Assembly: GCA_963663865.1 (NCBI GenBank)
Contig: OY760686.1
Location: forward strand, 416,001 to 480,000
Direction of reading: 5' to 3'
Length of the DNA stretch: 64,000 nt
Source: Spirochaetota bacterium
GTDB taxonomy: Bacteria > Spirochaetota > UBA4802 > UBA5550
A model generated the notes under the pieces. That model made no database searches, was not told the origin of the DNA, and saw only the letters and a program-made list of their open reading frames with translations. Numbering within the stretch: the first letter of the stretch is position 1; each line of letters begins with the position of its first letter. The position numbers were made by a program, and so were the translations under genes. Below are positions 1 through 10,776 of the stretch, in pieces.

Positions 1-290
1 AGCTGTCTCCCCGAAAGGATACCTTTACTGTAAGCTTTTCACTATCGACAAAGCTTTCTACAGAAGCCTCTTCACCCCGGTGACCTTCGGGGATGTGCTC
101 AACAGCGTTAACAAGAAGCTCATAAACTGCAAGTTCTGCCTTTGAAGCTGTGATCTCTGAAACCCCGTTAGCAAGTGCGAATTCAGAAATGCGGGAGCGA
201 AATTGATCTGCTCCGCTTAAGCTGAGTATAATCCGGTAAGAGTCGCTGACTGGTTTCAAAATGAATCCATAGCCTCGCCGTCGGTTTCAT
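1..290 (-). CDS. RsbW/SpoIIAB-like anti-sigma factor Ser kinase (HATPase_c), 3' end runs off the window; absent from ORF track
   Basis: Manual translation from ATG at 290: MKPTARLWIHFETSQRLLPDILSLSGADQFRSRISEFALANGVSEITASKAELAVYELLVNAVEH...; N-box ELxxNAxEH; lies directly downstream of two STAS genes. Confidence 0.8.
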
Positions 291-597
291 ATATTTTGAA
301 GATTGAAGTGAATCCGAGGAGTTTGAAGATCTTCTGGATTTTTGGGTTAAGGGATGAAAGCTTCAATCCTCCGCCGCGGGCGTTCAATGTTTCATTAATG
401 CTTATTAGTACACCCAGGCCGGCACTTGCAATATAATCGAGCTGCGGCATACTGCATACAATCCTGTAGGCCCCGCGGCCGATCTCTTCCTCCATCTTTT
501 TCGCGAAGCGGGGGGCGTTTTCAGCATCAAGGCTGCCCCCAATTTTGATGAGGACTACGCTGTCGTGTTTTGATGATGAATACTGAAGAGTTGCCAT
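256..597 (-). CDS. STAS-domain anti-sigma factor antagonist (RsbV/SpoIIAA-like)
   Basis: GGSLDAENAP...LDYIASAGLGVL STAS signature with phospho-Ser; start moved to ATG 597 (MATLQY) to avoid overlap with the upstream gene. Confidence 0.9.
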   Translation of the reverse strand: MATLQYSSSKHDSVVLIKIGGSLDAENAPRFAKKMEEEIGRGAYRIVCSMPQLDYIASAGLGVLISINETLNARGGGLKLSSLNPKIQKIFKLLGFTSIFKIYETDGEAMDSF

Positions 598-613
598 ATA
601 AAAATTCCTGGGA

Positions 614-982
614 TCAAGATTCTGGCCTGATGCTGTCAAAAAAAGCAACGGCCAGGTCTGCTGTATCGTAAATGCCTACAAAGTCTGTAATGCCTACAAT
701 GTCCATAACACGAATAAAATGCCCGGAAAGGCCGACAAACGCAATTCTCCCATCCATCTCGTTCATTCTCTGGATTATTGTAATCAGCGTGGCGATGCCG
801 GATGAGTTCAGATAGCTTGTCAGCTTGAAGTCGAAAATTACCATGTTTTTTTTGTAGCGGTGCAGCATGGTACTGAAGACCCTTTTTACATCTTCATCTG
901 CCTCAGAAGTTAAATCGCCCTCTATCGCTATTAGTGGGTAGCCTGAATACTCTTCCGGCCGTATTTTGTGAGAATATTTCAT
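614..982 (-). CDS. STAS-domain anti-sigma factor antagonist
   Basis: IEGDLTS...YLNSSGIATL...FIRVMDIVGI STAS motifs. Confidence 0.9.
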   Translation of the reverse strand: MKYSHKIRPEEYSGYPLIAIEGDLTSEADEDVKRVFSTMLHRYKKNMVIFDFKLTSYLNSSGIATLITIIQRMNEMDGRIAFVGLSGHFIRVMDIVGITDFVGIYDTADLAVAFFDSIRPES

Positions 983-1316
983 AAAATGTCCATGCTTAAC
1001 ATTAAATTTAACAACGCAGGAAGCGTTTCCATGAAGCTGGATCCGGGCTGCCCGAACTTAAGTCTATTTAAGAATCACGCGTATTAATACAATATGTTAT
1101 TATGATATTGGAGTTTTTCAAAGTGTCAAGAAAAATATACGATGTACTCTTTCATCCTTAATTTCAGCTTTTTTTTATGAGAGTCAGCAGGTTGAGAAAG
1201 GAAAGAATAAGATGTGGTAATGACTTTTGTGCTTTAATATTTGACAAATAATACTCTGTGGAGTTTCGTTTTTATATTCAGCACAATAAAAATAATTATA
1301 AACGGGAATAATATAT

Positions 1317-1883
1317 ATGGAGAACAGAATCGGACATAGAATCAGGCGGATAAGGGAAGGCCTGGATATTTCGAGGGAGCAGCTTGCTGAAAGGTCTTCA
1401 CTCTCCCTGCTCCAGGTAGAGAAAATTGAATCGGATGAGCTAATACCCTCGCTCACGCCGCTCATAAGAATATCAAGGGCGCTGGGAGTCAGGCTGGGAA
1501 CATTTATGGATGACTGTGAAAGCGAAGGCCCTTCTGTTTTCAGGGGAGAGGGGAGGGCGAGCGGGATCAACTTCTCCAATGAATCATCTCAAAGCCGGAC
1601 TGCGATGACATACTTTCCTCTTGCGGCGGATAAAGCCGGACGGCACATGGAGCCTTTCGTTATCGATATCGCCGGAGGCAGCGATGAGCACATTCTATCG
1701 ACTCATGAAGGCGAGGAGTTTATATACGTGCTTGCAGGAGAGATTGAGATTGAATACGGGAAGGATGTCTACAGTCTTTCAGCCGGCGATTCTATTTACT
1801 ATGACTCAATTGTACCTCACCATGTACACGCTAAAAACGGAGTCGACGCTAAAATAATCGCAGTAGTATATGTGCCGGTGTGA
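1317..1883 (+). CDS. XRE-family HTH transcriptional regulator with C-terminal cupin
   Basis: N-terminal HTH ([10 protein letters not shown]...LAERSSLS...IE...PSL); cupin [12 protein letters not shown] and [12 protein letters not shown]. Confidence 0.93.
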   Translation: MENRIGHRIRRIREGLDISREQLAERSSLSLLQVEKIESDELIPSLTPLIRISRALGVRLGTFMDDCESEGPSVFRGEGRASGINFSNESSQSRTAMTYFPLAADKAGRHMEPFVIDIAGGSDEHILSTHEGEEFIYVLAGEIEIEYGKDVYSLSAGDSIYYDSIVPHHVHAKNGVDAKIIAVVYVPV

Positions 1884-1887
1884 CATT

Positions 1888-3543
1888 ATGAATAACATGA
1901 TCGAAAAGACTATTGGACAGATTCTTGAGGAAAATGCGCAAAACTATCCTGACAGGGACTTTGTTGTTTACTCAGATAGAGATCTTCACTTTACGTACCG
2001 TGAATTTAACAAAAGGGCAGACCTGTTTGCAAAGGGCCTTTTGGCTCTTGGGGTTAAGAAGGGAGATCATGTCGGGATATGGGCGACCAATGTTCCTGAC
2101 TGGCTGACCGTTGCCTTTGCAACGGCAAAGATCGGGGTAGTCATGGTTACGGTAAACACAAACTACAAAAGCCATGAGCTTGCCTACCTTATGCAGAATT
2201 CCGACCTGCATACAATCTTCATTATTGATGGATTCAGGGACAGTGACTATGTAAGCATAATAAACGAAGTTGTACCGGAACTGAAGACCAGGCAGAGAGG
2301 CGATCTCGTATCAAAGGAATTTCCAGGTCTAAAAAACGTAATCTTCCTGGGCCCTCAAAAACACAGGGGAATGTACAATACTGGCGAGCTGCTGCTGCTC
2401 GGCAGTCAGACAGGCGATGATGAGTACACCGCGGCATGTTCAGGGCATGACTGTCACGACGTAATCAATATGCAGTACACGTCCGGGACTACGGGTTTTC
2501 CCAAGGGCGTAATGCTTACACATCACAATATCCTCAATAACGGGTTCTGGATTGGTGAATGTCAGAAGTTCACTGAAAATGAAAGGGTGTGTTTGCCCGT
2601 TCCTCTGTTTCACTGTTTTGGAATTGTTCTGGGGATAATGGCCGTGGTGTCACACGCGGCTACGGCTGTGCTTATCGAGAGCTTTGACCCTCTCATGGTA
2701 CTCGCGTCAGTCCAGAAGGAGAAGTGCACGGCTCTATACGGGGTTCCAACGATGTTTATTGCCGAGCTTCATCATCCTATGTTTAATATGTTTGATTTGA
2801 GTTCCCTCAGAACGGGGATAATGGCCGGGTCACCCTGTCCTATTGATGTCATGAGGCAGGTTATTGAAAAAATGAACATGAAGGATGTTACGATAGCCTA
2901 CGGCCTGACGGAAAGCTCTCCGGTAATGACTCAAACCCGCACTGATGATCCTATTGAGGCAAGGGTTTCTACGGTGGGCAAGGAACTGCCATTCGTGGAA
3001 GTCAGGATAGTCAATCCTGAAACCGGAGAAGAATGCGCTGTGAATGAACAGGGAGAGGTTTGTTGCAGAGGATATCTCGTGATGAAGGGGTATTACAATA
3101 ATCCTGAAGCTACAGCTGAGGCTATTGACCAGGATGGCTGGCTTCATTCGGGGGATTTGGGCGTAAAAACCCTTGAGGGGTATTATAAGATAACCGGACG
3201 CATAAAAGATATGATAATCCGGGGGGGAGAAAATATTTACCCTCGGGAGATCGAGGAGTTTCTCTACTCGATGCCTGGAATTAAGGACGTCCAGGTTGCG
3301 GGTATCCCTTCCCCAAAGTACGGTGAACAGGCCGGTGCCTTCATCATTCGTCAACCTGGCACTGAATTTACCGAGGAAGATGTCATAGATTTCTGCCGTG
3401 GAAAGATATCAAGGTTTAAGATTCCGAGATATGTCTTCTTCGTTGACGGTTATCCAATGACAGCTTCCGGTAAAATTCAGAAGTACAAGCTCGGCGACGT
3501 AGCTCTGAATATACTTAAGGAAAAGGGTGTCGAGGTAATTTAA
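1888..3543 (+). CDS. AMP-binding acyl-CoA synthetase / fatty-acid CoA ligase
   Basis: [52 protein letters not shown]; likely start ATG 1888. Confidence 0.93.
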   Translation: MNNMIEKTIGQILEENAQNYPDRDFVVYSDRDLHFTYREFNKRADLFAKGLLALGVKKGDHVGIWATNVPDWLTVAFATAKIGVVMVTVNTNYKSHELAYLMQNSDLHTIFIIDGFRDSDYVSIINEVVPELKTRQRGDLVSKEFPGLKNVIFLGPQKHRGMYNTGELLLLGSQTGDDEYTAACSGHDCHDVINMQYTSGTTGFPKGVMLTHHNILNNGFWIGECQKFTENERVCLPVPLFHCFGIVLGIMAVVSHAATAVLIESFDPLMVLASVQKEKCTALYGVPTMFIAELHHPMFNMFDLSSLRTGIMAGSPCPIDVMRQVIEKMNMKDVTIAYGLTESSPVMTQTRTDDPIEARVSTVGKELPFVEVRIVNPETGEECAVNEQGEVCCRGYLVMKGYYNNPEATAEAIDQDGWLHSGDLGVKTLEGYYKITGRIKDMIIRGGENIYPREIEEFLYSMPGIKDVQVAGIPSPKYGEQAGAFIIRQPGTEFTEEDVIDFCRGKISRFKIPRYVFFVDGYPMTASGKIQKYKLGDVALNILKEKGVEVI

Positions 3544-4016
3544 TACAACCGCTTTTCGGGGGCGGGCTTATTTCTGCTGCCCGCATCCCCTGTGACTTTA
3601 TTCCCGCACAGGGACAGGCTCCCTGAACAGACATCGCCTTCATCTTTCTGCATAAGGCTTTTCAACTCGGCTATTCGGAGCTTGTTGAGTCTGGAAATGT
3701 ACACAGCCCTGCACATTGATTTGGCCGAATAAGCCTCGTCCTGCGGATACAGGAGTTCTGTCATTGAATCTCTGTATCTCACCCATTCGGTATGAGCGGA
3801 TCTTAACAGGGCTAAATATTCCATATTATGCCTGTAGTGATGATAAAGCTCAGCCATGAGCGATTTTAGCTCCTGCTCCGACCGGGAAACCTCATCAGAG
3901 GCTTTCTGATTTTCAGTGAGCTGCGAAGATGGGTACAGCGATACAGGTGCCGTTAAAAGCATCCCCGAGATACAAAGACACTTGAAAAGTAATTGAAATG
4001 TCTGTTTTTGTTTCAT
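3540..4016 (-). CDS. Secreted LprI/DUF1311 (lysozyme inhibitor-like) family protein
   Basis: Signal peptide; [14 protein letters not shown]...SMC...RIAELK pattern typical of DUF1311. Confidence 0.65.
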   Translation of the reverse strand: MKQKQTFQLLFKCLCISGMLLTAPVSLYPSSQLTENQKASDEVSRSEQELKSLMAELYHHYRHNMEYLALLRSAHTEWVRYRDSMTELLYPQDEAYSAKSMCRAVYISRLNKLRIAELKSLMQKDEGDVCSGSLSLCGNKVTGDAGSRNKPAPEKRLY

Positions 4017-5182
4017 TTTGCCGGTTTTCCTGAAAATACTTTTAACAGCGCGTAGCCCGCAATCCCTGCCGTAAGCGATGCGGTTAGAATTGCGAAGATA
4101 GAGTTTTCAATTATTGTCTTAGAGTCGAAAGCGAGATTGGAAATGAATATTGACATTGTAAAGCCGATTCCGCCAAGAAAGCCTACTGCTGCTATTTGGC
4201 TCCACCTGACACCCGCTGGCAGGCTGGTAAGGCCGAGGATTACCGCAAGACCTGTAAAGAGCATGATTCCGACCGGTTTCCCGAGTACCAGGCCTGCGAT
4301 AATTCCCAGTGAGTTTGATGATGCCAGAGTTGAAAAGCTGTCCATTCCCAGGACGAGGGCTGTATTAGCAATGGCGAATAAGGGCAGAATTATAAAAGCT
4401 ACCGGCTTATGCAGGCCATGCAGAAGGTTTTCAGACGGGCAATGATTATTCCTCGTGAATGGAATGGCAAATGCCAACAGGACGCCCGCGATGGTGGCAT
4501 GGACTCCTGATTTCAGCATAAGGTACCACATCACAAGTCCAGCTAATATATAGATAAAAAGCCGGTGAACCTTTAGCCTGTTCAGGAGAATCAAAAAGAT
4601 GAACACTCCGAGGGCTCCTGCCAGATAAGCGATTGAAAGCCCTTTTGAATAGAAGATTGCAATCACTGTAACCGCTCCGAGATCGTCAATTATCGCCAGA
4701 GCCGTTAAAAAAACTTTCAGCTGAACCGGCACCCTTTTTCCGAGCAATGTCAACACTGCCAGTGCGAAGGCGATGTCGGTCGCCATAGGGATAGCGATTC
4801 CGGATTGATAATCTGTTCCAATGTTAAGGGCGAGGTGAATTGCCGCAGGAATCGCCATTCCGCCAATGGCGGCGAAAACAGGCAGGAGAGCCTTGCGGAT
4901 GTCGGAGAGTTCTCCAGAATAGAGTTCCCTTTCAATTTCTAGGCCAACCATAAGGAAGAAGACCGCCATTAATCCGTCATTAATCCAATGTTGAATGGAA
5001 AAGTCAATGTTGATAAAAAAGAAAGAAAAGTCGAGATGTCTGTGCCAGAAATGCGAATAAACGTCTCCCCAGAGGGAGTTCGCTGCTAACAGGGAAAAAA
5101 TCGTACACAGAATCAGAATAATACCGGCGGATTTTTCGCTGTTTACGAAGTCATTGAACATTCTGCTTAATCCGTTTTTCAT
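4013..5182 (-). CDS. nhaA: Na+/H+ antiporter NhaA
   Basis: WINDGLMAVFF, PMATDIAFAL, ALAIIDDLGA, SGVHATIAG, GIGFTMSIFI. Confidence 0.96.
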   Translation of the reverse strand: MKNGLSRMFNDFVNSEKSAGIILILCTIFSLLAANSLWGDVYSHFWHRHLDFSFFFINIDFSIQHWINDGLMAVFFLMVGLEIERELYSGELSDIRKALLPVFAAIGGMAIPAAIHLALNIGTDYQSGIAIPMATDIAFALAVLTLLGKRVPVQLKVFLTALAIIDDLGAVTVIAIFYSKGLSIAYLAGALGVFIFLILLNRLKVHRLFIYILAGLVMWYLMLKSGVHATIAGVLLAFAIPFTRNNHCPSENLLHGLHKPVAFIILPLFAIANTALVLGMDSFSTLASSNSLGIIAGLVLGKPVGIMLFTGLAVILGLTSLPAGVRWSQIAAVGFLGGIGFTMSIFISNLAFDSKTIIENSIFAILTASLTAGIAGYALLKVFSGKPAK

Positions 5183-5206
5183 TTTTCTGCAGCCCCCTGA
5201 GATATG

Positions 5207-6838
5207 TTATTTATGGTCTTTAAGCTTAAATATCCTCATTTTGTTTTCATTACCAATCAATCTGTACTTATTCATAACGAAGCTGTTGATTTCAGGAACA
5301 TCCTTTAATGCTATGCTGAAGGTTGAAAGCCCGTTTCCAGACGTGTCAACAAACAGCAGCGGCATTTTGTTTTTCAGTCTGCTGAGGAAGAGCGATTGTT
5401 CTTCTTCTGCTTTTTGGACCTCAGCAGTATTCTCCGATTTCAGGCCTGTCGATATGCGGTGCAGGGTGTTCTTGGGCCAGAGCGTATATGCTCCCATTCT
5501 TCTTCCAGAAAAGTAGTAGAGATATGGACCGTCTCCCCACACGAAGATGCGGTCTTCGGGTTCAGAGTTTTGTTTAATAAAATTCACAGCTTCTGCATAG
5601 TCACTGTGCGGAAGAAGGTAGTCATCGAAAGTGCCAACGAGAACCGCTCGCGTCCAGTAGAGGAAGGGGCCTTCGTTATGGAAGCAGCCGGGAGCAAAGT
5701 GCTTAATCGCAATGTCCTTGACGTTCCAGGCAAGGAAGAAGGCAGCCGGGATCAATAAAAGGGTACCGGCTTTTTTGCCGTACCGCTGAAGAAGGCTGCT
5801 GTCAGTCAGAACAAATCCGGCAAGTACAGCTCCAGCGGTATAAGGAACCATGAAGTAGTGGAAGTACATTCTTGCGCCGCCGGCAAATATGAGCGCATAA
5901 GAGACAAGAAAGAATACAGCTACGGAAGACTCCGCCGGTGTGGAAGAGCGGAATCCTTTTCTGATGAACCTGAATGCGTAGGTTGCGGCCGGGATCCACA
6001 GTACGCCATGCCAGAGGACGAGCATTCCCTGCCGGTGTATGTACCTTATGAACAGGTCAAAAATGGAAAAGCCACGCACCTCAGCGGCGGAATAGGAAAA
6101 CTTTGCAGGCAGATCCAGAGCCTCCCATATACGGGGTGCGGCAAGGCCTGTCACGAAAAAGTCGAAGAGAAGGAAGGCCGCCGCGGCCCCTGCAATAAAA
6201 AGAGAGGTTTTTATGCCTTTATAGTAGTAGGGGATGTAAAGAAAAATCAGTACGGCAATGAATATGGCGAATATCAACCCCTGGAACTTTATTCCAAACG
6301 CAAGAAAGGCCGAGATGGCCGCTGCCGCAAACCATATCAGTCTTGACCTTCCTGAAGAAACGAGCATCGATACTATTGCAAAAAGACCCATCGCTATTGG
6401 CAGGTTGTATACTATCTCTCCATTGGTGGCCATAAACTGGCGGTTGAAAGATGAAATCAGGACACCGTAAAAAAGTGCCGCAATAATGCCGGCTCTCTGG
6501 TTTTTCAGCTTTTTGCATGTGAGATACAGGAAAACGGAGGTCAGAAAGACAATGAGTATTGTTGAGGCGTGAACAATAACCCAGCCATAATCCTGAGTCA
6601 GTGAATAAGCGCCTTTAAATATTAGATGATACAGAAAGTGCTTGTTTTCAGAAAAATCTGTTCCGGGGACTCCGCCGGCGAGAAATTCCTTTGTTTGAGC
6701 GATTGTAGCGAGTACGTCAACGTCCCAGTAATCATTGAACAATGTCGGCAGGCGTAGAAGAAGAATCGCGCCGAAGAGCAGAAGAATAAAAAGCTTTTTG
6801 TTTTTTTCTAACTCATTGATTAATCGGGAAAAGGCCAT
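5207..6838 (-). CDS. Polytopic membrane glycosyltransferase, GT-C fold (ArnT/PMT-like)
   Basis: Many TM helices; acidic first loop (DYWDVD), ENKHFLY, NGE, YFHYF and C-terminal EDRIFVWG...YYFSGR. Confidence 0.7.
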   Translation of the reverse strand: MAFSRLINELEKNKKLFILLLFGAILLLRLPTLFNDYWDVDVLATIAQTKEFLAGGVPGTDFSENKHFLYHLIFKGAYSLTQDYGWVIVHASTILIVFLTSVFLYLTCKKLKNQRAGIIAALFYGVLISSFNRQFMATNGEIVYNLPIAMGLFAIVSMLVSSGRSRLIWFAAAAISAFLAFGIKFQGLIFAIFIAVLIFLYIPYYYKGIKTSLFIAGAAAAFLLFDFFVTGLAAPRIWEALDLPAKFSYSAAEVRGFSIFDLFIRYIHRQGMLVLWHGVLWIPAATYAFRFIRKGFRSSTPAESSVAVFFLVSYALIFAGGARMYFHYFMVPYTAGAVLAGFVLTDSSLLQRYGKKAGTLLLIPAAFFLAWNVKDIAIKHFAPGCFHNEGPFLYWTRAVLVGTFDDYLLPHSDYAEAVNFIKQNSEPEDRIFVWGDGPYLYYFSGRRMGAYTLWPKNTLHRISTGLKSENTAEVQKAEEEQSLFLSRLKNKMPLLFVDTSGNGLSTFSIALKDVPEINSFVMNKYRLIGNENKMRIFKLKDHK

Positions 6839-6869
6839 TCAATACTCATCTCCTTGCTAATATAGGTTG

Positions 6870-7397
6870 TCAATCCAGATTGGAGCCCGGCTTTCCGGAT
6901 ATCTCTCTGATTGATCTCACATCCGCCTCGCTGCCCTCTGCGGTAAAAAGGGAGCCCTGTTCAACCCGGTCAGTATACAATATCCCGTTAAGGTGATCAA
7001 CCTCGTGCTGTATGCAGCGGGCTGTAAATCCCTCCGCTTCAATCTCAAATTCATTGCCCTTTCTGTCAAAGGCTTTTACCCTGACGATGTCAGCCCTCTT
7101 AACAATGCCATAGTAACCTCTGACCGAAAGGCAGCCCTCTTCTCCTGTCTGCTCCCCTTCCTTCGAAAGGATTTCAGGATTGATGAGCTCCGCGGGCCCG
7201 TCACCGCAGTCAATAACGACAATTCTCTTCGAGATGCCTATCTGCGGTGCGGCAAGACCGGCGCCGCCGTCCTTTGAGTAGAGTATATCATACATGTCGT
7301 CAACCAGTTTAGCGAGCTTTTTGTGAAACACGGTAACCGGAACTGCCGGTGTCCTTAAAACAGGGTCGCCCGCCTGGATGATTTTATATCGTGCCAT
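6870..7397 (-). CDS. def: Peptide deformylase
   Basis: GAGLAAPQIG, EGCLS, QHEVDHLNG. Confidence 0.97.
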   Translation of the reverse strand: MARYKIIQAGDPVLRTPAVPVTVFHKKLAKLVDDMYDILYSKDGGAGLAAPQIGISKRIVVIDCGDGPAELINPEILSKEGEQTGEEGCLSVRGYYGIVKRADIVRVKAFDRKGNEFEIEAEGFTARCIQHEVDHLNGILYTDRVEQGSLFTAEGSEADVRSIREISGKPGSNLD

Positions 7398-7463
7398 TTT
7401 CCCTCCTCGCCCTTTATAAAAAAGAGTCTGTATTGATAAGTGTACTTTTCATAGTATTTGTTC

Positions 7464-7492
7464 TTGATTTAAAACAAAAAAAGCCATATAAA
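7464..7492 (+). promoter_or_regulatory. Candidate sigma70 promoter for gpmA
   Basis: TTGATT-N17-TATAAA upstream of gpmA. Confidence 0.4.
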
Positions 7493-7663
7493 TAAGCTGG
7501 AGACAGGGTAATTGTGTCATTGTAATCTGTGTTCAAGAACATTATACTGTTTCAGCACATTGATAATTGTAACTAATTCGATTGCCGGTGCATCTTAAGG
7601 CAATAAGTTTTTACGGTAAAGAAAATAAAACTTTTATAGATGAAATAAAACTCGGAGGGGAAA

Positions 7664-8413
7664 ATGCACAGGCTTGTATTGCTAAGACATGGCGAGAGTA
7701 CGTGGAATAAGGAGAACAGGTTCACCGGATGGACAGATGTTGACCTTTCTGAAAAGGGTATTGAGGAAGCCCGAACAGCCGGTGATCTGTTAAAGAAAGA
7801 AGGCTATACGTTTGACATAGCCTATAATTCCGTGCTTAAGAGGGCTATCAGGACATTATGGCTTGTACTCGACGAGATGGACCTGCTCTGGCTGCCGATA
7901 ATCAAGTCCTGGAGGCTGAACGAAAGGCATTACGGCGCGCTTCAGGGCCTTAACAAGGCAGAAACTGCCGCGAAATATGGTGACGACCAGGTGAAGGTCT
8001 GGAGAAGGAGCTACGACACTCCTCCGCCAGCGCTGGAAAAAAACGACGAAAGATATCCAGGGAATGACAGCAGGTACAGCGGCCTTTCCGAATCAGAGCT
8101 TCCTCTGACAGAATGCCTGAAAGATACGGTTGCCAGGTTCATGCCTCTGTGGCACGAATCAATCGCGCCTGACATTAAAAGCGGCAAGCGGGTAATAATT
8201 GCAGCCCACGGCAACAGCCTGAGGGCCCTTGTCATGTATCTTGACGGCGTAAGTGAAGAGGACATTGTTAACCTGAATATTCCAACGGGAATTCCACTTG
8301 TATATGAGCTTGATGATAACCTGAGACCTTTGAAGAGCTACTATCTCGGCGATCCAGAGGCGATCAGGAAGGCGCAGGAGAGCGTTGCCAACCAGGGGAA
8401 GTCAGGCAAGTAG
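7664..8413 (+). CDS. gpmA: 2,3-bisphosphoglycerate-dependent phosphoglycerate mutase
   Basis: [31 protein letters not shown]; RBS GGAGG. Confidence 0.98.
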   Translation: MHRLVLLRHGESTWNKENRFTGWTDVDLSEKGIEEARTAGDLLKKEGYTFDIAYNSVLKRAIRTLWLVLDEMDLLWLPIIKSWRLNERHYGALQGLNKAETAAKYGDDQVKVWRRSYDTPPPALEKNDERYPGNDSRYSGLSESELPLTECLKDTVARFMPLWHESIAPDIKSGKRVIIAAHGNSLRALVMYLDGVSEEDIVNLNIPTGIPLVYELDDNLRPLKSYYLGDPEAIRKAQESVANQGKSGK

Positions 8414-8414
8414 G

Positions 8415-9440
8415 CTAAGGACGGTTGGGCGCCGAGGGGTCAGAGTCGTACCATCTGAAATAGGACTCGGCCCCGAGCCTGCCTGATTCTACGAGTGCTT
8501 CTTTTTTACTCCCGCTTATCCCGAAATCGGTTGTCTTGACTCCAAGTGTATCTATGTAGATTGTTCGTGCCCAGTCGTCGCTGTGAAGGTGCGAGTTCTG
8601 CTGCGCCTCAATCACAGTGTTAATGAGGGCTCCTGTGAAGTCAAAGAATCCGTCTATATCCCTATGGACAGGTTCCTGTCCGTCTCTGAACACTGAGATT
8701 TCCTCTTTCGTGTCAAGGCGGAAGCCAAGCGTCTCCCGATTGAAAACATACTCCGTCCCGGGGCCTCTGTCGTCAGGAAGCAGGCTGTTGTCTTTGAAGT
8801 AGTAATCGGTTTCAGTGTAGTTGCCTGATTCAATGTATCTGAGCCTGTCAAAGAGCTTCACCGGATAGTTGTTCAGCATTCCCCCGTCGACAAGAACGTC
8901 GTTCCTGCTGTTTCTTACTGCGGTGAAGAAAAGTGGAATAGACATGGAGATTCGGACGGCATCCGCTACAGGAAGTTGAGGAGCAGTCTCAGCCGAGTAT
9001 ATTTCGGCGAAGCCGGTTGAGAGATTGGTGCCGATGAAGAACATTGATTTGAATCCGCGGGATTTGGCCTTTGTCTCAATATCGAAAAAGGTGGTTTCAG
9101 GACTGCCCGTTTTGTCCGAAATAATACCGGCTATCCATTTCTTGAAGAATTCGCCTTTGTACCAGCCGTATCTGCTGATCAGCCTTTCAGCGTCCCTGAT
9201 AATTCCCCAGCTGTCATCCAGGAATTTGTTGAAGTCGAGATCCCAGAGAATCTCCATCACCTCATCAGGCGTGCAGCCGAGCCCGGTGAGAAGCGCGTTT
9301 ATCGCTCCCGCTGAAGTGCCTCCGACACGTCTGACGCGCTGAAGAATATCGCGTTCTTCAAGGGCCTTCATCGCGCCGGCATAGGCGATTCCCTTGACGC
9401 CTCCACCTTCGAAGACAAGATTCTTAAAGTGATAGTTCAT
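8415..9440 (-). CDS. Patatin-like phospholipase
   Basis: GGGVKG oxyanion loop, GTSAG nucleophile, SMSIPLFF, DGG catalytic Asp. Confidence 0.92.
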   Translation of the reverse strand: MNYHFKNLVFEGGGVKGIAYAGAMKALEERDILQRVRRVGGTSAGAINALLTGLGCTPDEVMEILWDLDFNKFLDDSWGIIRDAERLISRYGWYKGEFFKKWIAGIISDKTGSPETTFFDIETKAKSRGFKSMFFIGTNLSTGFAEIYSAETAPQLPVADAVRISMSIPLFFTAVRNSRNDVLVDGGMLNNYPVKLFDRLRYIESGNYTETDYYFKDNSLLPDDRGPGTEYVFNRETLGFRLDTKEEISVFRDGQEPVHRDIDGFFDFTGALINTVIEAQQNSHLHSDDWARTIYIDTLGVKTTDFGISGSKKEALVESGRLGAESYFRWYDSDPSAPNRP

Positions 9441-9447
9441 TCGGGCC

Positions 9448-10770
9448 TCACATTGTATCAGTTGAAGACTCTATCCCCCTGCTTTCATTTATGAACATTC
9501 CCGCAAAAAAAGCAATGCAAAAAAAGAGTGCGCAGATTATGATTGAATCTTTGAGTCCAAAGAGCGCCTGAAAGAGTCCGATCATCATGAGTCCCGTTAC
9601 TGCCGCAAGCCTTGACGAAGTCCCCCAGAGGCCGAAGAATTCGCCGGCCCTTGAAGGGGGGCAAAACAGCCCGACGAGGGTACGGCTCGCCGATTGAAGG
9701 GAGCCGAGGCCAAGTCCGGCAAGAGAGCCGGCTCCAAGAAAGACCGTTTCGACTGAAAGGGCGAGGCCGGTGAGCTTATTGAGCAGAACCGTTATGGCTT
9801 CAACCCGGAAAATCATTAGTATGACCGCTATCCAGAGAACGAGTATCATAAGATATGTCTTCGTTGGGCTCCATCTGTCCTGAATCCAGCCGAAGGCAAA
9901 AGACCCCGCGGCCGCAGATATCTGAGTGAGCACGAACATCAGCGCTTGAGTCTCTGATGACCAGGAGATAATCTGGTCTCCATAGATAAAGGCGAAGCTT
10001 ATGACAATTGAAAGGCCGGCGTAGGAGGCGAAAAAGGACAGAAGCAGAATTGCCAGGTCCTTTCTTCTTTTTATTGAGGCAAGGCCTTTCCGGAGACTCA
10101 GCTCTCTCTGGGCAGATGCTGCTGCTGTTGTACAGGGCTCTTTCAGCCAGAGGAATGCAGGTACGGAGGCGACAGCGAAAAAAAGCGCTGTGACAGGGCC
10201 GGTGAGACGGAGACTTTCAAAGTTTGCAAAGCTCATATCTCCGACAATGTACAGTACTACTGCAGTTGAAATCAGTCCTCCGAAATAGCCTATCCCCCAG
10301 CCGATCCCTGATATTTTGCCGAGTTTTTCTGAAGGCCCTAATGAGGGCAGAAAGGAGGCTGCAAGGCTTTCGCCGACCGAGAAACCGGTACTTGAAATAA
10401 CAATTAGAATAATGCCGGCTGCGGCACAGCCCGGAGAAACGAAGTACAGGGAAGCTGTCGCTGAAATCGTAATGATGGCGCTTAACGCAAGATAGGATTT
10501 TTTACGCGTTTTTTTATCTGCGACTTTTCCGGCGGCAGGGGCGGCGAAAACTGCTATGACATAGCTGATGGAAAGCGCGAGACTCCACAGGAAATTTCCG
10601 GTTTTGAAATCGGGCGCGTCTCCGACAATGAAGCGTGGGAAAATAACGCTGTACACAACGGTAATGATAACAGTCGTGTAAGAAGAGTTGGCGAAATCGA
10701 ACATTGCCCAGCCGAATATCTCTTTTTTCCGGGAGGATGATGCCGTTTGTTCCAGCTTGCCTTTGCTCAT
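9448..10770 (-). CDS. MFS transporter, UMF1/Atg22-like family
   Basis: WAMFDFANSSY, GWGIGYFGG, QSASR, GEFFGLW; about 12 TM. Confidence 0.9.
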   Translation of the reverse strand: MSKGKLEQTASSSRKKEIFGWAMFDFANSSYTTVIITVVYSVIFPRFIVGDAPDFKTGNFLWSLALSISYVIAVFAAPAAGKVADKKTRKKSYLALSAIITISATASLYFVSPGCAAAGIILIVISSTGFSVGESLAASFLPSLGPSEKLGKISGIGWGIGYFGGLISTAVVLYIVGDMSFANFESLRLTGPVTALFFAVASVPAFLWLKEPCTTAAASAQRELSLRKGLASIKRRKDLAILLLSFFASYAGLSIVISFAFIYGDQIISWSSETQALMFVLTQISAAAGSFAFGWIQDRWSPTKTYLMILVLWIAVILMIFRVEAITVLLNKLTGLALSVETVFLGAGSLAGLGLGSLQSASRTLVGLFCPPSRAGEFFGLWGTSSRLAAVTGLMMIGLFQALFGLKDSIIICALFFCIAFFAGMFINESRGIESSTDTM

Positions 10771-10776
10771 TGCCGG

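Noticed and set aside
3540-3543. Convergent genes sharing a TTAA stop overlap (also 60711-60714)
   Set aside because: Common in compact genomes; no functional implication visible
8415-9440. Patatin as a CBASS CapV-type anti-phage effector
   Set aside because: No CD-NTase or other defence gene nearby; it ends a run of MFS/TPR/surE genes
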